Assembly (NCBI GenBank): GCA_963804975.1
Contig: CAWDSG010000002.1
Location: forward strand, 53,554-117,553
Length of the DNA stretch: 64,000 nucleotides
Source: an uncultured bacterium
GTDB lineage: Bacteria > Patescibacteriota > Minisyncoccia > Phycocordibacterales > GWA1-40-21
Direction: 5' to 3'
Shown here one piece after another: positions 38,141 through 48,803 of this stretch (the stretch's first letter is position 1; each line of letters begins with the position of its first letter). Made by a program: the position numbers and the translations under genes. The notes under the pieces were generated by a model that worked only from the letters and a program-made list of their open reading frames with translations, was not told the DNA's origin and ran no database searches.

Positions 38141-39892
38141 ATGCGCATAGATTCAAAACAACTGAAAGATTTTTTAATAGATTCCGGCCTTATTACCCGG
38201 AGCGAATATGACGATATTGAAAAACAGATTGAAAAGGGCGCTTCAAAAGACGCTATTGAAAAAGTCCTGGTCAGCGAGGGGAAAATCTCCGAGGATGATT
38301 TGCGCCGCGCGCAGGCGTATGTTTTCGGCATACCGTTTGTGGATTTGAAGGATCAGAAAATAGATTTTTCGGTCCTTTCCCTTATTCCGGAGCCGGTGGC
38401 GAGAAAAAATAACATTATCGCTTTCAAAAAAAATCCTGATTCCCTTGAAGTGGCGATGCTTGATACCAACGATCTTTCTTCCATTGAATTCATAAAAAAG
38501 AAAGTCGGTTTGAGGATTCTGCCGCGGCTTACCGATACCGAATCCATCAAAAGCGCAATCTTACAATACCAAAAAAGCTTGAAGGCCGAATTCGGCGACC
38601 TGATACAGAAAGATATCCTTGCCCTGAAAAATGCCGGCGAGCTCGGAGATCTTGGAGAAGGATCTTTAAAAAAAATAGCAGAAGACCTGCCGGTTGTGCG
38701 CATCGTGGAAACGCTCCTGAAACATGCTATTTTACAGAACGCATCCGATATTCACATAGAGTGCATGGAAAACGATTTGCTCATACGTTATCGCATAGAC
38801 GGCATTTTGCACGATGCTATGATTCTGCCTAAAATCGCGGCGACATCCATTACGGCGAGGATCAAAGTGCTTTCAAACCTGAAGCTTGACGAAAAACGCC
38901 TTCCGCAGGACGGGCGATTCAAGATAGAAATAAACGGCGAAAAAGTTTCTTTCAGGGTTTCAATCATTCCGACTTATTTCGGAGAAAAAACCGTCATGAG
39001 ATTGCTCCGGGAAAACGTCGGCAATTATTCTTTGGAATCAATGGGTTTCCACGGCGAGAATCTTGAAAGAATCCACGAGGCAATGAGGCGCGCAAACGGC
39101 ATGATTCTCACGACCGGCCCGACCGGCAGCGGAAAAACCACGACGCTTTACACGATTCTTGAATTGCTCAACACTCCCGATGTGAATATCGCGACCATTG
39201 AAGACCCGATTGAATATCAGGTATCTCGGATAAATCAGACGCAAGTGAAGCCCGATATCGGCTTTTCTTTTTCAAACGGACTTCGCGCTCTTGTGAGGCA
39301 GGATCCGGATATCATAATGGTCGGAGAAATCAGAGACAATGAAACCGCTTCGCTTGCCGTCAATGCCGCGCTCACGGGTCACTTGGTGCTTTCAACGCTT
39401 CACACGAATTCCGCTTCTGGCGCGGTTCCTCGGCTTATTGATATGAAAATAGAGCCATTTCTTTTGGTTTCCACAATTAATATCGTCATGGCGCAAAGAT
39501 TGGTCAGGAAACTTTGCAAAACCAAGAGCAAATATATTCTTTCAAAAATTGAACTTGCTTCGCTTGCAAAAATCGTAGACCTGGACCGCGTGCTCGCTGT
39601 GCTCAAATCGGAAAATATTGTCGGAAAGGATGACGATTGGCCAACGATATATTTTTACAAGGCAACCGAATCGGCGGAATCTAAAGACGGCTACAGCAGC
39701 AGAATCGGCATCCACGAAGTGATGAAAATGTCGCCAACGATACAGAATCTGGTCATGAAAGGCGCGACGTCGCAGGAAATAGAGAACCAATCCAAAAAAG
39801 AAGGCATGATTACTATGGTTGAAGACGGAATTTTCAAATGCGTTCAAGGTTTGACGACGATTGAAGAGGTCTTAAGAGTGGTAACGGAATAA
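38141..39892 (+). CDS. pilB: type IV pilus / type II secretion assembly ATPase (PilB/GspE family), copy 2
   Basis: GSPII_E_N-like N-terminus, Walker A ILTTGPTGSGKTTTLY, and IMVGEIRD. Heads a pilC-pilin operon. Confidence 0.85.
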   Translation: MRIDSKQLKDFLIDSGLITRSEYDDIEKQIEKGASKDAIEKVLVSEGKISEDDLRRAQAYVFGIPFVDLKDQKIDFSVLSLIPEPVARKNNIIAFKKNPDSLEVAMLDTNDLSSIEFIKKKVGLRILPRLTDTESIKSAILQYQKSLKAEFGDLIQKDILALKNAGELGDLGEGSLKKIAEDLPVVRIVETLLKHAILQNASDIHIECMENDLLIRYRIDGILHDAMILPKIAATSITARIKVLSNLKLDEKRLPQDGRFKIEINGEKVSFRVSIIPTYFGEKTVMRLLRENVGNYSLESMGFHGENLERIHEAMRRANGMILTTGPTGSGKTTTLYTILELLNTPDVNIATIEDPIEYQVSRINQTQVKPDIGFSFSNGLRALVRQDPDIIMVGEIRDNETASLAVNAALTGHLVLSTLHTNSASGAVPRLIDMKIEPFLLVSTINIVMAQRLVRKLCKTKSKYILSKIELASLAKIVDLDRVLAVLKSENIVGKDDDWPTIYFYKATESAESKDGYSSRIGIHEVMKMSPTIQNLVMKGATSQEIENQSKKEGMITMVEDGIFKCVQGLTTIEEVLRVVTE

Positions 39893-39934
39893 AAAAATTT
39901 CACTAAGATTTGGTTTGATACACCAATATTTCAT

Positions 39935-40330
39935 ATGATTAAGAAACTTATAAAAATAGTATTTTGGCTCGTTTTTATTTATTCTATAATTTTATTTTTA
40001 TCAACATCAGTTTTTGATAACTATTTAAGAAATAATCTTAATATTGATCCATATTTATATATGAAGAATATTAATATTGTAATGTTATTAGGATTTCTGC
40101 TTATTGCTTTGTTTATCTATATTATTGGACAAATGATTTTTAATCACATAAAGAATAAAAAAACAGGATTACCAGCTGGTCAAATTATTGCAACAAAGTA
40201 TGTCATATTAAGCATGATTTTATTTGTTCTTACATTTTTTAATTGGATATATTTAACTGCAGTATTTCAGCCAATGTGTGGAAATTGCTCAGCATCAACT
40301 CCTAATGTTCAGCAAATTCCAAAAATATAA
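39935..40330 (+). CDS. hypothetical 4-TM membrane protein (very AT-rich)
   Basis: Four hydrophobic helices; the local composition is AT-rich. Confidence 0.35.
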   Translation: MIKKLIKIVFWLVFIYSIILFLSTSVFDNYLRNNLNIDPYLYMKNINIVMLLGFLLIALFIYIIGQMIFNHIKNKKTGLPAGQIIATKYVILSMILFVLTFFNWIYLTAVFQPMCGNCSASTPNVQQIPKI

Positions 40331-40385
40331 TTTCTATTCCGCTGACTGAAGGAAGTTAAAACTTGTTTTGTGATACAATTTAAAC

Positions 40386-40868
40386 ATGAAAAAGACAAAT
40401 ATCTATATTGATGGCAACAATTTATATCGTTCAGCTAAAGAATTAGGTTTTGAGATTGATTATAAAAAGTTAAGAGGTTGGCTTCGGCAGAAATATAATC
40501 CAACTGCTGTTTATCTCTTTATCGGACTCGTGCCGGAAAGGGTGAAGTTTTACGAGCATCTGCAAAGCTGCGGTTATGTTTTGGTATTCAAACAGACCGT
40601 TTCCATCGGAGAAAAAGTGAAGGGAAATTGTGATGCTGAATTAGTATTAAAAACCGCGTCTGATTTTTATGAAAAATCTTTTTCTTCCTGCATTCTTATA
40701 ACAGGGGATGGTGATTTTGGTTGTCTAGTTGAATTTCTGCGGGAAAAGAAAGCGATTGAGCGTGTCATCGCACCAGATGAAAAGAAATGTTCAATTTTAC
40801 TAAAAAACAAAAACATAGAAATCACCTTTTTGAATAATTTGTATCATAAATTTTCAAGTAAGATCTAA
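40386..40868 (+). CDS. NYN-domain (LabA/DUF88-like, PIN-fold) protein
   Basis: IYIDGNNLY N-terminal motif and ITGDGDFGCLVEFL, characteristic of NYN-domain proteins. Confidence 0.65.
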   Translation: MKKTNIYIDGNNLYRSAKELGFEIDYKKLRGWLRQKYNPTAVYLFIGLVPERVKFYEHLQSCGYVLVFKQTVSIGEKVKGNCDAELVLKTASDFYEKSFSSCILITGDGDFGCLVEFLREKKAIERVIAPDEKKCSILLKNKNIEITFLNNLYHKFSSKI

Positions 40869-41113
40869 AAGAAAAAGCCCCCAATGCAGACGGATCTGCA
40901 TCAGGGTCTTTTCCGTAGTGATGCCAATATTATATACCTGCCATATCTTTTATGCAAGTAGCTGTATAGGGAATTGAAAAAGTTCACTTCTGCTCCACTA
41001 GCTAGAGGAAGTAAGAACACATTTTATTTTTGACAACGTACATTCAATATGATATTCTATGCATGAATTAAGTAATAAATAAAGTAATAAATACGATTAA
41101 GGAGAATTTTATA

Positions 41114-41368
41114 ATGTTCTTTCAAAAGCTTGTGATGTGGCTTAAACAACATGTTTTTAAAGTAAAGCGGAAACAGGTTGTTTCTCAGCTAACTCTTCAA
41201 AGAGGAATTGAAAAAATCAACCATATATCTTCCATTAGCATGAAAGAGATGGAGAAATCGGGACTTATTTCTCGTCAGTCTCCAAATCACAACTTTGGAG
41301 GAGTTCATTACGATAAGGACGGTGATTGGAGTCCCAATGACTGCTCGGCAGATTGTGGCGGCCTATGA
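41114..41368 (+). CDS. small hypothetical protein
   Basis: 84-aa ORF with a plausible SD aaggag. The C-terminus is CSADCGG. Confidence 0.3.
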   Translation: MFFQKLVMWLKQHVFKVKRKQVVSQLTLQRGIEKINHISSISMKEMEKSGLISRQSPNHNFGGVHYDKDGDWSPNDCSADCGGL

Positions 41369-41543
41369 TGTTTAAAGGTCTAAGAGGTCATGTGCATAAT
41401 ATGCATCTTGACCTCTTTTTAATAGCTGATTCATTCCAAAACGATCTCAACATCGTTCTAGATAGGGGAGAACGTTTTTGGAGGAAGTCAGAATCTATTT
41501 TTTCAATAAATATGATAAAATATAGCTAGTAAATGTCTGTTAT

Positions 41544-42761
41544 ATGGAAAAATTCAAATTCAAAGCCATAGGGAAGAATAAAGAGATTTACGAGGGGATC
41601 AGGGAATCCGAAGATAAATTTTCCCTGTACAACGAACTCAAAGCGGAAGGCAGCACGCTTGTCATAGCGGAAAAAATCGGCCGCGAAAGACATTGGTTTG
41701 ATCCGATAATCGCTCTTTTCGGCGGAGTTCCGGAATACCAGAAAATAATTTTTACCAAAAATCTCGGTCATATGATTGACGCTGGGCTTCCTATCGCAAA
41801 AAGTTTGTCGGTTTTGGAAAAGCAGATTAAAAACAAACATTTCAAAAACATCATTCTTTCAATTGAAGCGGAAATCAGGAAAGGTCAGACACTCTCTGAT
41901 GCCGCGGCGATGTATCCGCATATATTTTCAAATCTGTTTGTATCCATGGTAAAGGCGGGAGAAGAGTCCGGCAAACTTTCGGAATCTCTTGGGATTGTCG
42001 GCGAGCATATGGACAGCGTGTATAAATTAAAAAAGAAAATCAGAGGAGCAATGATTTATCCGGGCATCATTATCTCTCTTATGATTGTAATCGGAATACT
42101 TATGCTTATTTATGTGGTGCCGTCGATTACGGCAACATTCGAAAGTTTGAACGAAACATTGCCGGTATATACTCAAATTTTGATTTCCTCGAGCAATTTT
42201 TTGAAAAATAATATAGCATTATCTCTTTTTTCAATCATTGCTCTTGTCCTCGTTATTTATTTTTTCTTACTTTCCAAAATCGGCAAGCGATTTTTTGATT
42301 CCGTTTCGTTGAAATTGCCCGTTATCGGAGAAATAATAAAAGAAACAAACTCGGCCAGCATGACGCGGACCATTTCGTCTTTGCTGTCTTCGGGCGTGTC
42401 ATTTGATAAAGCGATTCTTATTACGGGCGATGTGGTGGGCAACGTTTTTTTCAAGGATATTTTGAGCGAAGCAGTTATAAAGGTGGAAAAAGGGGAAACA
42501 ATATCAAGCGTTTTCCTCGCGAATACGCGTTTGGTTCCTGATTTTGTCGGAGAGATGATGGGCGTGGGGGAAGAAACCGGCCGATTGCCGTCAATGCTTA
42601 TGGAAGTCGCCGTTTTTTATGAAAATTCCGTTGATCAGAAGACAAAAGATATGTCCACCATCATTGAGCCGGTGCTTATGATAATCATCGGCATCGCAGT
42701 CGGGTTCTTTGCTCTCGCGGTTATCAAGCCGATTTACTCCGTGATGAACAACATAAGCTGA
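41544..42761 (+). CDS. pilC: type IV pilus assembly platform protein PilC/GspF
   Basis: Two GspF repeats with three TM segments, and MEKFKFKAIGKNKEIYEG N-terminus typical of PilC. Confidence 0.85.
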   Translation: MEKFKFKAIGKNKEIYEGIRESEDKFSLYNELKAEGSTLVIAEKIGRERHWFDPIIALFGGVPEYQKIIFTKNLGHMIDAGLPIAKSLSVLEKQIKNKHFKNIILSIEAEIRKGQTLSDAAAMYPHIFSNLFVSMVKAGEESGKLSESLGIVGEHMDSVYKLKKKIRGAMIYPGIIISLMIVIGILMLIYVVPSITATFESLNETLPVYTQILISSSNFLKNNIALSLFSIIALVLVIYFFLLSKIGKRFFDSVSLKLPVIGEIIKETNSASMTRTISSLLSSGVSFDKAILITGDVVGNVFFKDILSEAVIKVEKGETISSVFLANTRLVPDFVGEMMGVGEETGRLPSMLMEVAVFYENSVDQKTKDMSTIIEPVLMIIIGIAVGFFALAVIKPIYSVMNNIS

Positions 42762-42790
42762 TTTAAAATTCAAAAATAAGTTAAGTAAAA

Positions 42791-43243
42791 ATGCGCAATT
42801 GCAGTAAAAAAAATGGATTTACGATTATTGAGCTTATAATCGTGCTTGCGATTATCGCGCTTTTAGCCGCTGTGGCAAATTTTTCTTTCTCGCAGCTCTC
42901 CGGCAGCCAGTCGGTGGACAAAGCGTCATTATCTGTATATTCAATTTTGACCAAAGCTCATTCATCAGCGGTTTCCGGAATAGACGCTTCGGATTTTGGC
43001 GTGCGGATTTTTAAAAATAAAGTCACATCTTTTGAAGGGACATACGGCAATTCGAATGCCGATTATGTTCTCTCAAATCTTGTCGCCATTGCGACATCAA
43101 GCGGAATCGGCACCGATATTATTTTCAATAATCTTTACGGCAACACAACCGCAAGCGGGACAATCAGCATATATTTGATCGCGAATCCAAAAACGTCGAG
43201 TACAATCCAGATATTTACCACAGGAGCAATCCAGAGAAATTAA
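42791..43243 (+). CDS. type IV pilin / pseudopilin (prepilin N-terminal motif)
   Basis: KNGFTIIELIIVLAIIALLAA is a class III signal with Glu at +5. Confidence 0.75.
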   Translation: MRNCSKKNGFTIIELIIVLAIIALLAAVANFSFSQLSGSQSVDKASLSVYSILTKAHSSAVSGIDASDFGVRIFKNKVTSFEGTYGNSNADYVLSNLVAIATSSGIGTDIIFNNLYGNTTASGTISIYLIANPKTSSTIQIFTTGAIQRN

Positions 43244-43252
43244 AAATAAAAA

Positions 43253-43747
43253 ATGCGAAAAAATAATTTTAAAAAAGGAATAAGTCTTGTTGAAATGCTT
43301 GTGGCAATTTTTATTTTTTCCGTGGTGCTCAGCGCGCTTGTCGTTACAAGCAATATGTACCTTTCCGGAGCCGACGACAGTTTAAAATCGGCCAAAGGGG
43401 CGTATTTTGCCGAAGAGGGAATAGAAGCAATAAAAACGATCAGAGACGCAAGTTGGACGAATATTTCAACTCTTTCCACAAGCACGCTATATTATCTCTC
43501 ATTCAATATTTCTTCTTCAACGAATTATTTATGGACTACGACGACGATAGCCACATCAACCGACGGCTTTATCAGAAAAATCACTTTATCGGCCGTGAAT
43601 CGAGATTTCACGGGGCATATTGTTTCAAGCGGGGGAACAACTGATGCAAACACCAGGCTTATTGCCGTATCGGTTTCATGGCTTTCAAAGTCTGGCACGA
43701 CGACGAAATCGTTATCCACGTATATAACCAATATCATGGGAAATTAA
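43253..43747 (+). CDS. type IV pilin-like protein
   Basis: KKGISLVEMLVAIFIFSVVL prepilin-like N-terminus. Confidence 0.7.
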   Translation: MRKNNFKKGISLVEMLVAIFIFSVVLSALVVTSNMYLSGADDSLKSAKGAYFAEEGIEAIKTIRDASWTNISTLSTSTLYYLSFNISSSTNYLWTTTTIATSTDGFIRKITLSAVNRDFTGHIVSSGGTTDANTRLIAVSVSWLSKSGTTTKSLSTYITNIMGN

Positions 43748-44289
43748 TGAAAATATTTTCTCAAAAAAAATATAAACACGGCGGCTTTACTCTTGTGGAG
43801 ATGCTTATTTATCTTGTCATTATGACGGTAATTATGGTTGCACTCGTGCGGTCGCTCGTCATTGTATTCAGTTCAAACCGGGCCTCGTTTGTCGATTCAA
43901 ATCTCAGAAATTCCGCCTATTCGGCAATGGAAAATATGATACGGGAAATCAGGGGCTCGCAGAGTATTGATGCGGTAAATAGCGTCCTGTATCCTTCTCA
44001 GTCGGGGGTCTTACAGCTTAATCAAGTTGATGCAAGCGGGAATCCGTATATCGTAAGATTTTCCATATCCAGTTCGCTTGCGCTTAATTTGAGCGAAGGT
44101 TCCGCCGCGCCGGCGCTTGTCGGACCGATTACTTCAAATGGCACCAAAGTCATTAATTTAAGCTTTGCCAAGATAAATACCGGCAATTCACAGGCAGTCA
44201 GGATTCAAATAGGCCTTTCGGCGACAGTAAACGGCCAGACAAAAAGCCAGCAGTTTTACGGTACGGTTATTTTGCGTGACTCATATTAA
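43747..44289 (+). CDS. type IV pilin-like protein
   Basis: KHGGFTLVEMLIYLVIMTVIMVAL. The start was chosen at ATG 43747, which overlaps the stop of the previous gene. Confidence 0.7.
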   Translation: MKIFSQKKYKHGGFTLVEMLIYLVIMTVIMVALVRSLVIVFSSNRASFVDSNLRNSAYSAMENMIREIRGSQSIDAVNSVLYPSQSGVLQLNQVDASGNPYIVRFSISSSLALNLSEGSAAPALVGPITSNGTKVINLSFAKINTGNSQAVRIQIGLSATVNGQTKSQQFYGTVILRDSY

Positions 44290-44301
44290 TTTAATATTAG
44301 A

Positions 44302-46113
44302 ATGGCATTTAAAAACCCAAAAAAGAACAAAGGATTCGCAATGCTTGCCACAGCAATTGTATTTGCTCTGGCATCGGTTGTAATCGTGTTTGGGCTTACC
44401 ACGCCGATCATAAAACAAATTCTTCTTTCGCAGGATATTTGGTCGGCAAAGCAAAGTTATTATCTTTCGGAAGCCGGAGCCGAAGATGTTCTCTACCGGC
44501 TCAAAAGCGCTTCATTTACATCTTATGTCGGTTCAATGGAGCCGATAACACTCAACGGTTTTGGAGCTACAACAACACTTTCCGGATCGCTTAGCGGCAT
44601 AGACGGCATGACTCTTACAACACTATCAAATCAAAGCGGATATGATAAAAAAATTCAGACAAAAGTGAAACAAGGTTCCGGTGTTTCTTTCACATACGGC
44701 GTGCAAGTCGGAACAGGCGGAATCACGTTCAACAGCAGCGGAAAAATACTCGGCAATGTTTTTTCGGGAGGGAATATTGTCTCAAATAACTCTGCAGCGG
44801 CTATCACCGGAAGCGCAATTGTGTCGGATAGCCCGAGCATAATTTCAGATCAATCAAACGACGATCCGCCTGCGCCTTCAAATCAGATTATTTTCGGAAA
44901 TGCAGCAGCTACACAGGATATCGCTCAGAGTTTCCAAGTATCCACTTCCTCTCCGATCACGCAGATTTCTTTGTATTTAAAAAAGAACGGAGCTCCTTCA
45001 AATGTAACGGTGAAAATAGTGAAAGACAGCGGCGGATCGCCAAGCGGTAATTCTTCCGATGTTATCGCATCCGGCCCGCTTAATTCCTCGCTTGTCACGG
45101 CAAATTATGACTGGGTTGATGTGGCGCTTTCGCCGAATCCTTCTCTGACTGTCGGCATAAAATATTGGATCGTGCTTGACGGTTCCACTGGTTCGGCATC
45201 AATTGATTATATTATCGGCGCGAATCTTGATACAAGTTATGCTTTAGGAACTTCAAAGACAGGTTCGCTTGGCGGAAGCTGGTCGAATACCGGTTATGAT
45301 GCGTATTTTCGCTTGTATCTCGGCGGGTTTTTTGGACAAATTATCGGCGATGGCCAGTACAATCCTTTGCATATCGGAACGGTCGGCACGGATATGGCGT
45401 GGGCGCATAGTGCAACTTATGTAAGCGTCACAGGACCGCTCAGATGCCAAGATGAACTGTTAAATAACAAAGCATGCGATCAGTCATACGATGATCCGTC
45501 GCCGGCATCGTATCCGGTTTCAAGCGGAAATATTACTGCGTGGGAAGCTGAAGCGGCAGCCGGAGGAACGATAAACGGCACTTATGAATATACCGATTCG
45601 TCAACGCATTCGCTCGGTCCGAAAAAAATCGTCGGCAATCTGCATATCGGCGGGTCCGTTACGCTTAACATCACCGGAACACTTTATGTAACAGGCAGTG
45701 TTACGATTGATGGTTCTGGGAAAGTGCAGCTCGCGTCTTCATACGGAACGAACAGCGGCATTCTTGTCACTGACGGGACAGTTACGATCGGAGGCAGCGG
45801 CAAGGCAGACGGCGACGGACAGACAGGAAGTTATCTTATGATTATCACTACAAGCAATTGCGCCGGCGGTTCCACATGCGGAGGATCGTATGCAGTAAGT
45901 GTGTCCGGCGGCTCCGGAGCAATCGTTTTGAATGCGCAGAATGGCACAATCGACCTTTCCGGCAGCGCAGCCATAAATGAAGCGACCGCAAAGCAGCTTA
46001 TCATAGACGGAAATACGACAATTACATACCAAAACGGCCTTGCAAATCCGAATTTTTCCACAGGGCCGTCCGGAAGCTTCAACATCACGGATTGGAGGGA
46101 GCTCTCCAATTAA
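44302..46113 (+). CDS. large minor-pilin/PilX-like protein with beta-helix-like C-terminal repeats (putative pilus tip/adhesin)
   Basis: KGFAMLATAIVFALASVVIVFGL N-terminus. The C-terminus has 603 aa with repeated GSVTL/GSVTIDGSG motifs. Confidence 0.55.
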   Translation: MAFKNPKKNKGFAMLATAIVFALASVVIVFGLTTPIIKQILLSQDIWSAKQSYYLSEAGAEDVLYRLKSASFTSYVGSMEPITLNGFGATTTLSGSLSGIDGMTLTTLSNQSGYDKKIQTKVKQGSGVSFTYGVQVGTGGITFNSSGKILGNVFSGGNIVSNNSAAAITGSAIVSDSPSIISDQSNDDPPAPSNQIIFGNAAATQDIAQSFQVSTSSPITQISLYLKKNGAPSNVTVKIVKDSGGSPSGNSSDVIASGPLNSSLVTANYDWVDVALSPNPSLTVGIKYWIVLDGSTGSASIDYIIGANLDTSYALGTSKTGSLGGSWSNTGYDAYFRLYLGGFFGQIIGDGQYNPLHIGTVGTDMAWAHSATYVSVTGPLRCQDELLNNKACDQSYDDPSPASYPVSSGNITAWEAEAAAGGTINGTYEYTDSSTHSLGPKKIVGNLHIGGSVTLNITGTLYVTGSVTIDGSGKVQLASSYGTNSGILVTDGTVTIGGSGKADGDGQTGSYLMIITTSNCAGGSTCGGSYAVSVSGGSGAIVLNAQNGTIDLSGSAAINEATAKQLIIDGNTTITYQNGLANPNFSTGPSGSFNITDWRELSN

Positions 46114-46172
46114 ATTTACGGCTAAATTTCCGCTTCTTTTAAAAAGTTTATACACGTGCTATCATTTATTTT

Positions 46173-47336
46173 ATGGATAAAGACAACAAATTTGTCGTAA
46201 ATATAACTCCCGGCTCATTTTTGAAAGGCATTCTGATCATTTTGCTTTTCTGGTTTCTTTTTTATGTAAAAGACGTAGTGCTTGTCGTATTGACCGCGGT
46301 GGTCCTTGCTTCGGGAATCGAGCCCCTCATACAATGGTTCAAGAAATTAAAAGTGAAGAGGCTTCCGGCAGCGATCATTTCTTATGTCTGCTTATTTTTT
46401 ATTTTTGCCGGACTCATGTTTTTTTTCGTTCCGGCAGTTTTGAACGAAACATCTTCTTTTCTGACCGCCTTGCCGAAATACCTTGATTCAACGACTCTTT
46501 GGAATCCTCTCAATATTTCAAGTACTGATGTTTCCGCATCTCAAAAAGTCGTTCAAAGCGTATCGGAAGGAATCAGCAATCCAAGCCAGCTTGTGAAAAA
46601 CATTTCGGGAAACTCTAATGTGAGCGTTGCCAGCTCGAATTTCGGCATCGGAGATCTGATCAAGAGCGTTCAGGATATCACTTCAAATGTCGCCGGCGGA
46701 TTTGTAAAAGTCGTAAGTACTGTGTTCGGCGGACTTCTTTCATTTATTTTGATTATTATCCTGTCTTTTTATCTTGTTGTGCAGGAAGACGGCGTTGCCA
46801 AATTTTTGGGTCTTGTGACACCGATCAAACACGAAAAATATGTGGTTGATCTTTGGAAGCGGTCGCAGAAAAAAATCGGCCAATGGATGCAAGGGCAGCT
46901 TTTGCTCGGCGTGCTTGTCGGCGTGCTGCTTTATCTCGGACTTGTAATTCTCGGAGTCAATAATGCTCTCTTGCTTGCCGTTGTCTCCGGGATGCTTGAA
47001 ATCATACCGGTTTTCGGCCCGATTATCGCTTCCATCCCTTCCATTATCATGGGATTTGTCGGTGGAGGAATAACCGCGGCGCTTCTTGTTGCCGGGCTTT
47101 ATCTTATTGTCCAGCAATTTGAAAGCAACCTTATTTATCCGCTTGTGGTAAGAAAAATCGTCGGTGTTTCACCGATCCTTGTCATTCTCGCCCTTATCAT
47201 CGGCGCAAAACTCGCGGGATTTCTCGGCATTGTTCTTGCTGTGCCGACTGTTTCCACTCTTATGGAATTTCTTGATGATATAGACAGGAGAAAAACGCTA
47301 TTTTGGAAAAAAGCCGAAGAGCTTGAAAAATTATAA
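46173..47336 (+). CDS. AI-2E family transporter (PerM/UPF0118)
   Basis: Eight predicted TM helices. Conserved C-terminal [28 protein letters not shown]. Confidence 0.7.
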   Translation: MDKDNKFVVNITPGSFLKGILIILLFWFLFYVKDVVLVVLTAVVLASGIEPLIQWFKKLKVKRLPAAIISYVCLFFIFAGLMFFFVPAVLNETSSFLTALPKYLDSTTLWNPLNISSTDVSASQKVVQSVSEGISNPSQLVKNISGNSNVSVASSNFGIGDLIKSVQDITSNVAGGFVKVVSTVFGGLLSFILIIILSFYLVVQEDGVAKFLGLVTPIKHEKYVVDLWKRSQKKIGQWMQGQLLLGVLVGVLLYLGLVILGVNNALLLAVVSGMLEIIPVFGPIIASIPSIIMGFVGGGITAALLVAGLYLIVQQFESNLIYPLVVRKIVGVSPILVILALIIGAKLAGFLGIVLAVPTVSTLMEFLDDIDRRKTLFWKKAEELEKL

Positions 47337-47341
47337 CTGCC

Positions 47342-48802
47342 GTGATCGAATTAAATTCAAAAAAATTTTATATAACGACAACTTTGGCGTACGTGAATTC
47401 CGATCCTCATGTTGGCTTTGCAATGGAACTTATTAGGGCGGATATAATTGCGCGGTACAAAAAACTGCAAGGATACGAAGTATTTTTCAATACAGGCACG
47501 GATGAGCATGGACAGAAGATTTACAATAAAGCAATTGAAAACGGAAAAACTCCTCAAGAACAGGTCAATGAATATACTGAGAAATTTAAAGCGCTCATTC
47601 CTCTTCTCGACATATCTCCGGACGTTGTTTTTACGAGAACGACGGATAAGCATCATATCAAATCGGCCGAGGATTTCTGGAAGCTTTGCTATAAGAACGG
47701 TTTTATTTACAAAAAGAATTACACAATCAATTATTGCGTCGGATGCGAGCTTGAAAAATCAAATTCAGAGCTTGTCGACGGCAAATGCCCGCTTCATCCG
47801 AATTTGGAAATAGAGCACATTGAGGAAGAAAATTATTTTTTCAAATTCTCGGCATTCCAGCAGAAACTTTTGGATTTGTATAAAAATAATCCTGATTTTG
47901 TAATCCCGGCGCACAGATTGAATGAAATAAAAGCTTTTGTTGAAAGAGGTTTGCAAGATTTCAGCATTTCAAGATTGAAAGAAAAAATGCCGTGGGGCAT
48001 TGAAGTACCGGGCGATAAAGAGCAGGTTATGTATGTCTGGTTTGATGCGCTTGTGAATTATATTTCCGCCATCGGCTGGCCAGATGATATAAAAAAATTC
48101 AATACTTGGCACAATAAAGAAAACGGAATGGTGCAATACTGCGGAAAAGACAATCTCCGCCAGCAATCGGCGATGTGGCAGGCGATGCTTATGGCTGCAG
48201 ATTTACCCGCTTCAAAAACCATTGTTATAGACGGTTTTGTTACAGGCGAAGGCGGAGTGAAAATGTCAAAATCTCTCGGAAATACCATCGATCCAACTGA
48301 TATAGTCAATGAATATGGTGCTGACGTCTTGCGTTTGTATGTTGCAAAAGAAATCGCTCCGTTTGAAGACACTCCATTTACCAAAAAAAGTTTTCATGAC
48401 GCGTATAATGCGAATCTCGCGAATGGGTTGGGGAATTTGGTAAGCAGGATAATGAAGATGGCATCAGTACATCTTGATAAACCAATAGTCGCTAAAAATA
48501 CCAAGGTAGTTTTTCCGCTTTATATTGCAGAGGCTATCAATAAATTTAATTTACAACTTGCCATAAATAGTATTTGGATAAATATTTCCCAGCTTGATGA
48601 AATGATACAAAAAGAACAGCCTTTTAAGGTAATAAAATTAAATAAAGAAAAAGGCATAGAAATTATTGAAAAGATGGTGAAAGAATTGTTTTTGATAGCA
48701 AAACTTCTTGAACCTTTTATGCCACAAACCTCTGAAATAATCAGTAATCTCATTTTATCCAATAAAATGCCGGAAAAACCACTATTTGTTCGAAAAGATT
48801 AA
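47342..48802 (+). CDS. metG: methionyl-tRNA synthetase
   Basis: [30 protein letters not shown] (HIGH region), a Cys knuckle CVGCELE...CPLH, and KMSKS as VKMSKSLGN. Confidence 0.9.
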   Translation: MIELNSKKFYITTTLAYVNSDPHVGFAMELIRADIIARYKKLQGYEVFFNTGTDEHGQKIYNKAIENGKTPQEQVNEYTEKFKALIPLLDISPDVVFTRTTDKHHIKSAEDFWKLCYKNGFIYKKNYTINYCVGCELEKSNSELVDGKCPLHPNLEIEHIEEENYFFKFSAFQQKLLDLYKNNPDFVIPAHRLNEIKAFVERGLQDFSISRLKEKMPWGIEVPGDKEQVMYVWFDALVNYISAIGWPDDIKKFNTWHNKENGMVQYCGKDNLRQQSAMWQAMLMAADLPASKTIVIDGFVTGEGGVKMSKSLGNTIDPTDIVNEYGADVLRLYVAKEIAPFEDTPFTKKSFHDAYNANLANGLGNLVSRIMKMASVHLDKPIVAKNTKVVFPLYIAEAINKFNLQLAINSIWINISQLDEMIQKEQPFKVIKLNKEKGIEIIEKMVKELFLIAKLLEPFMPQTSEIISNLILSNKMPEKPLFVRKD

Positions 48803-48803
48803 T

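Noticed and set aside
40884-40901. Short hairpin atgcaga-cgga-tctgcat after the NYN gene as a terminator
   Set aside because: 7-bp stem with a weak T-tract (cagggtcttttcc); plausible but too weak to call confidently.
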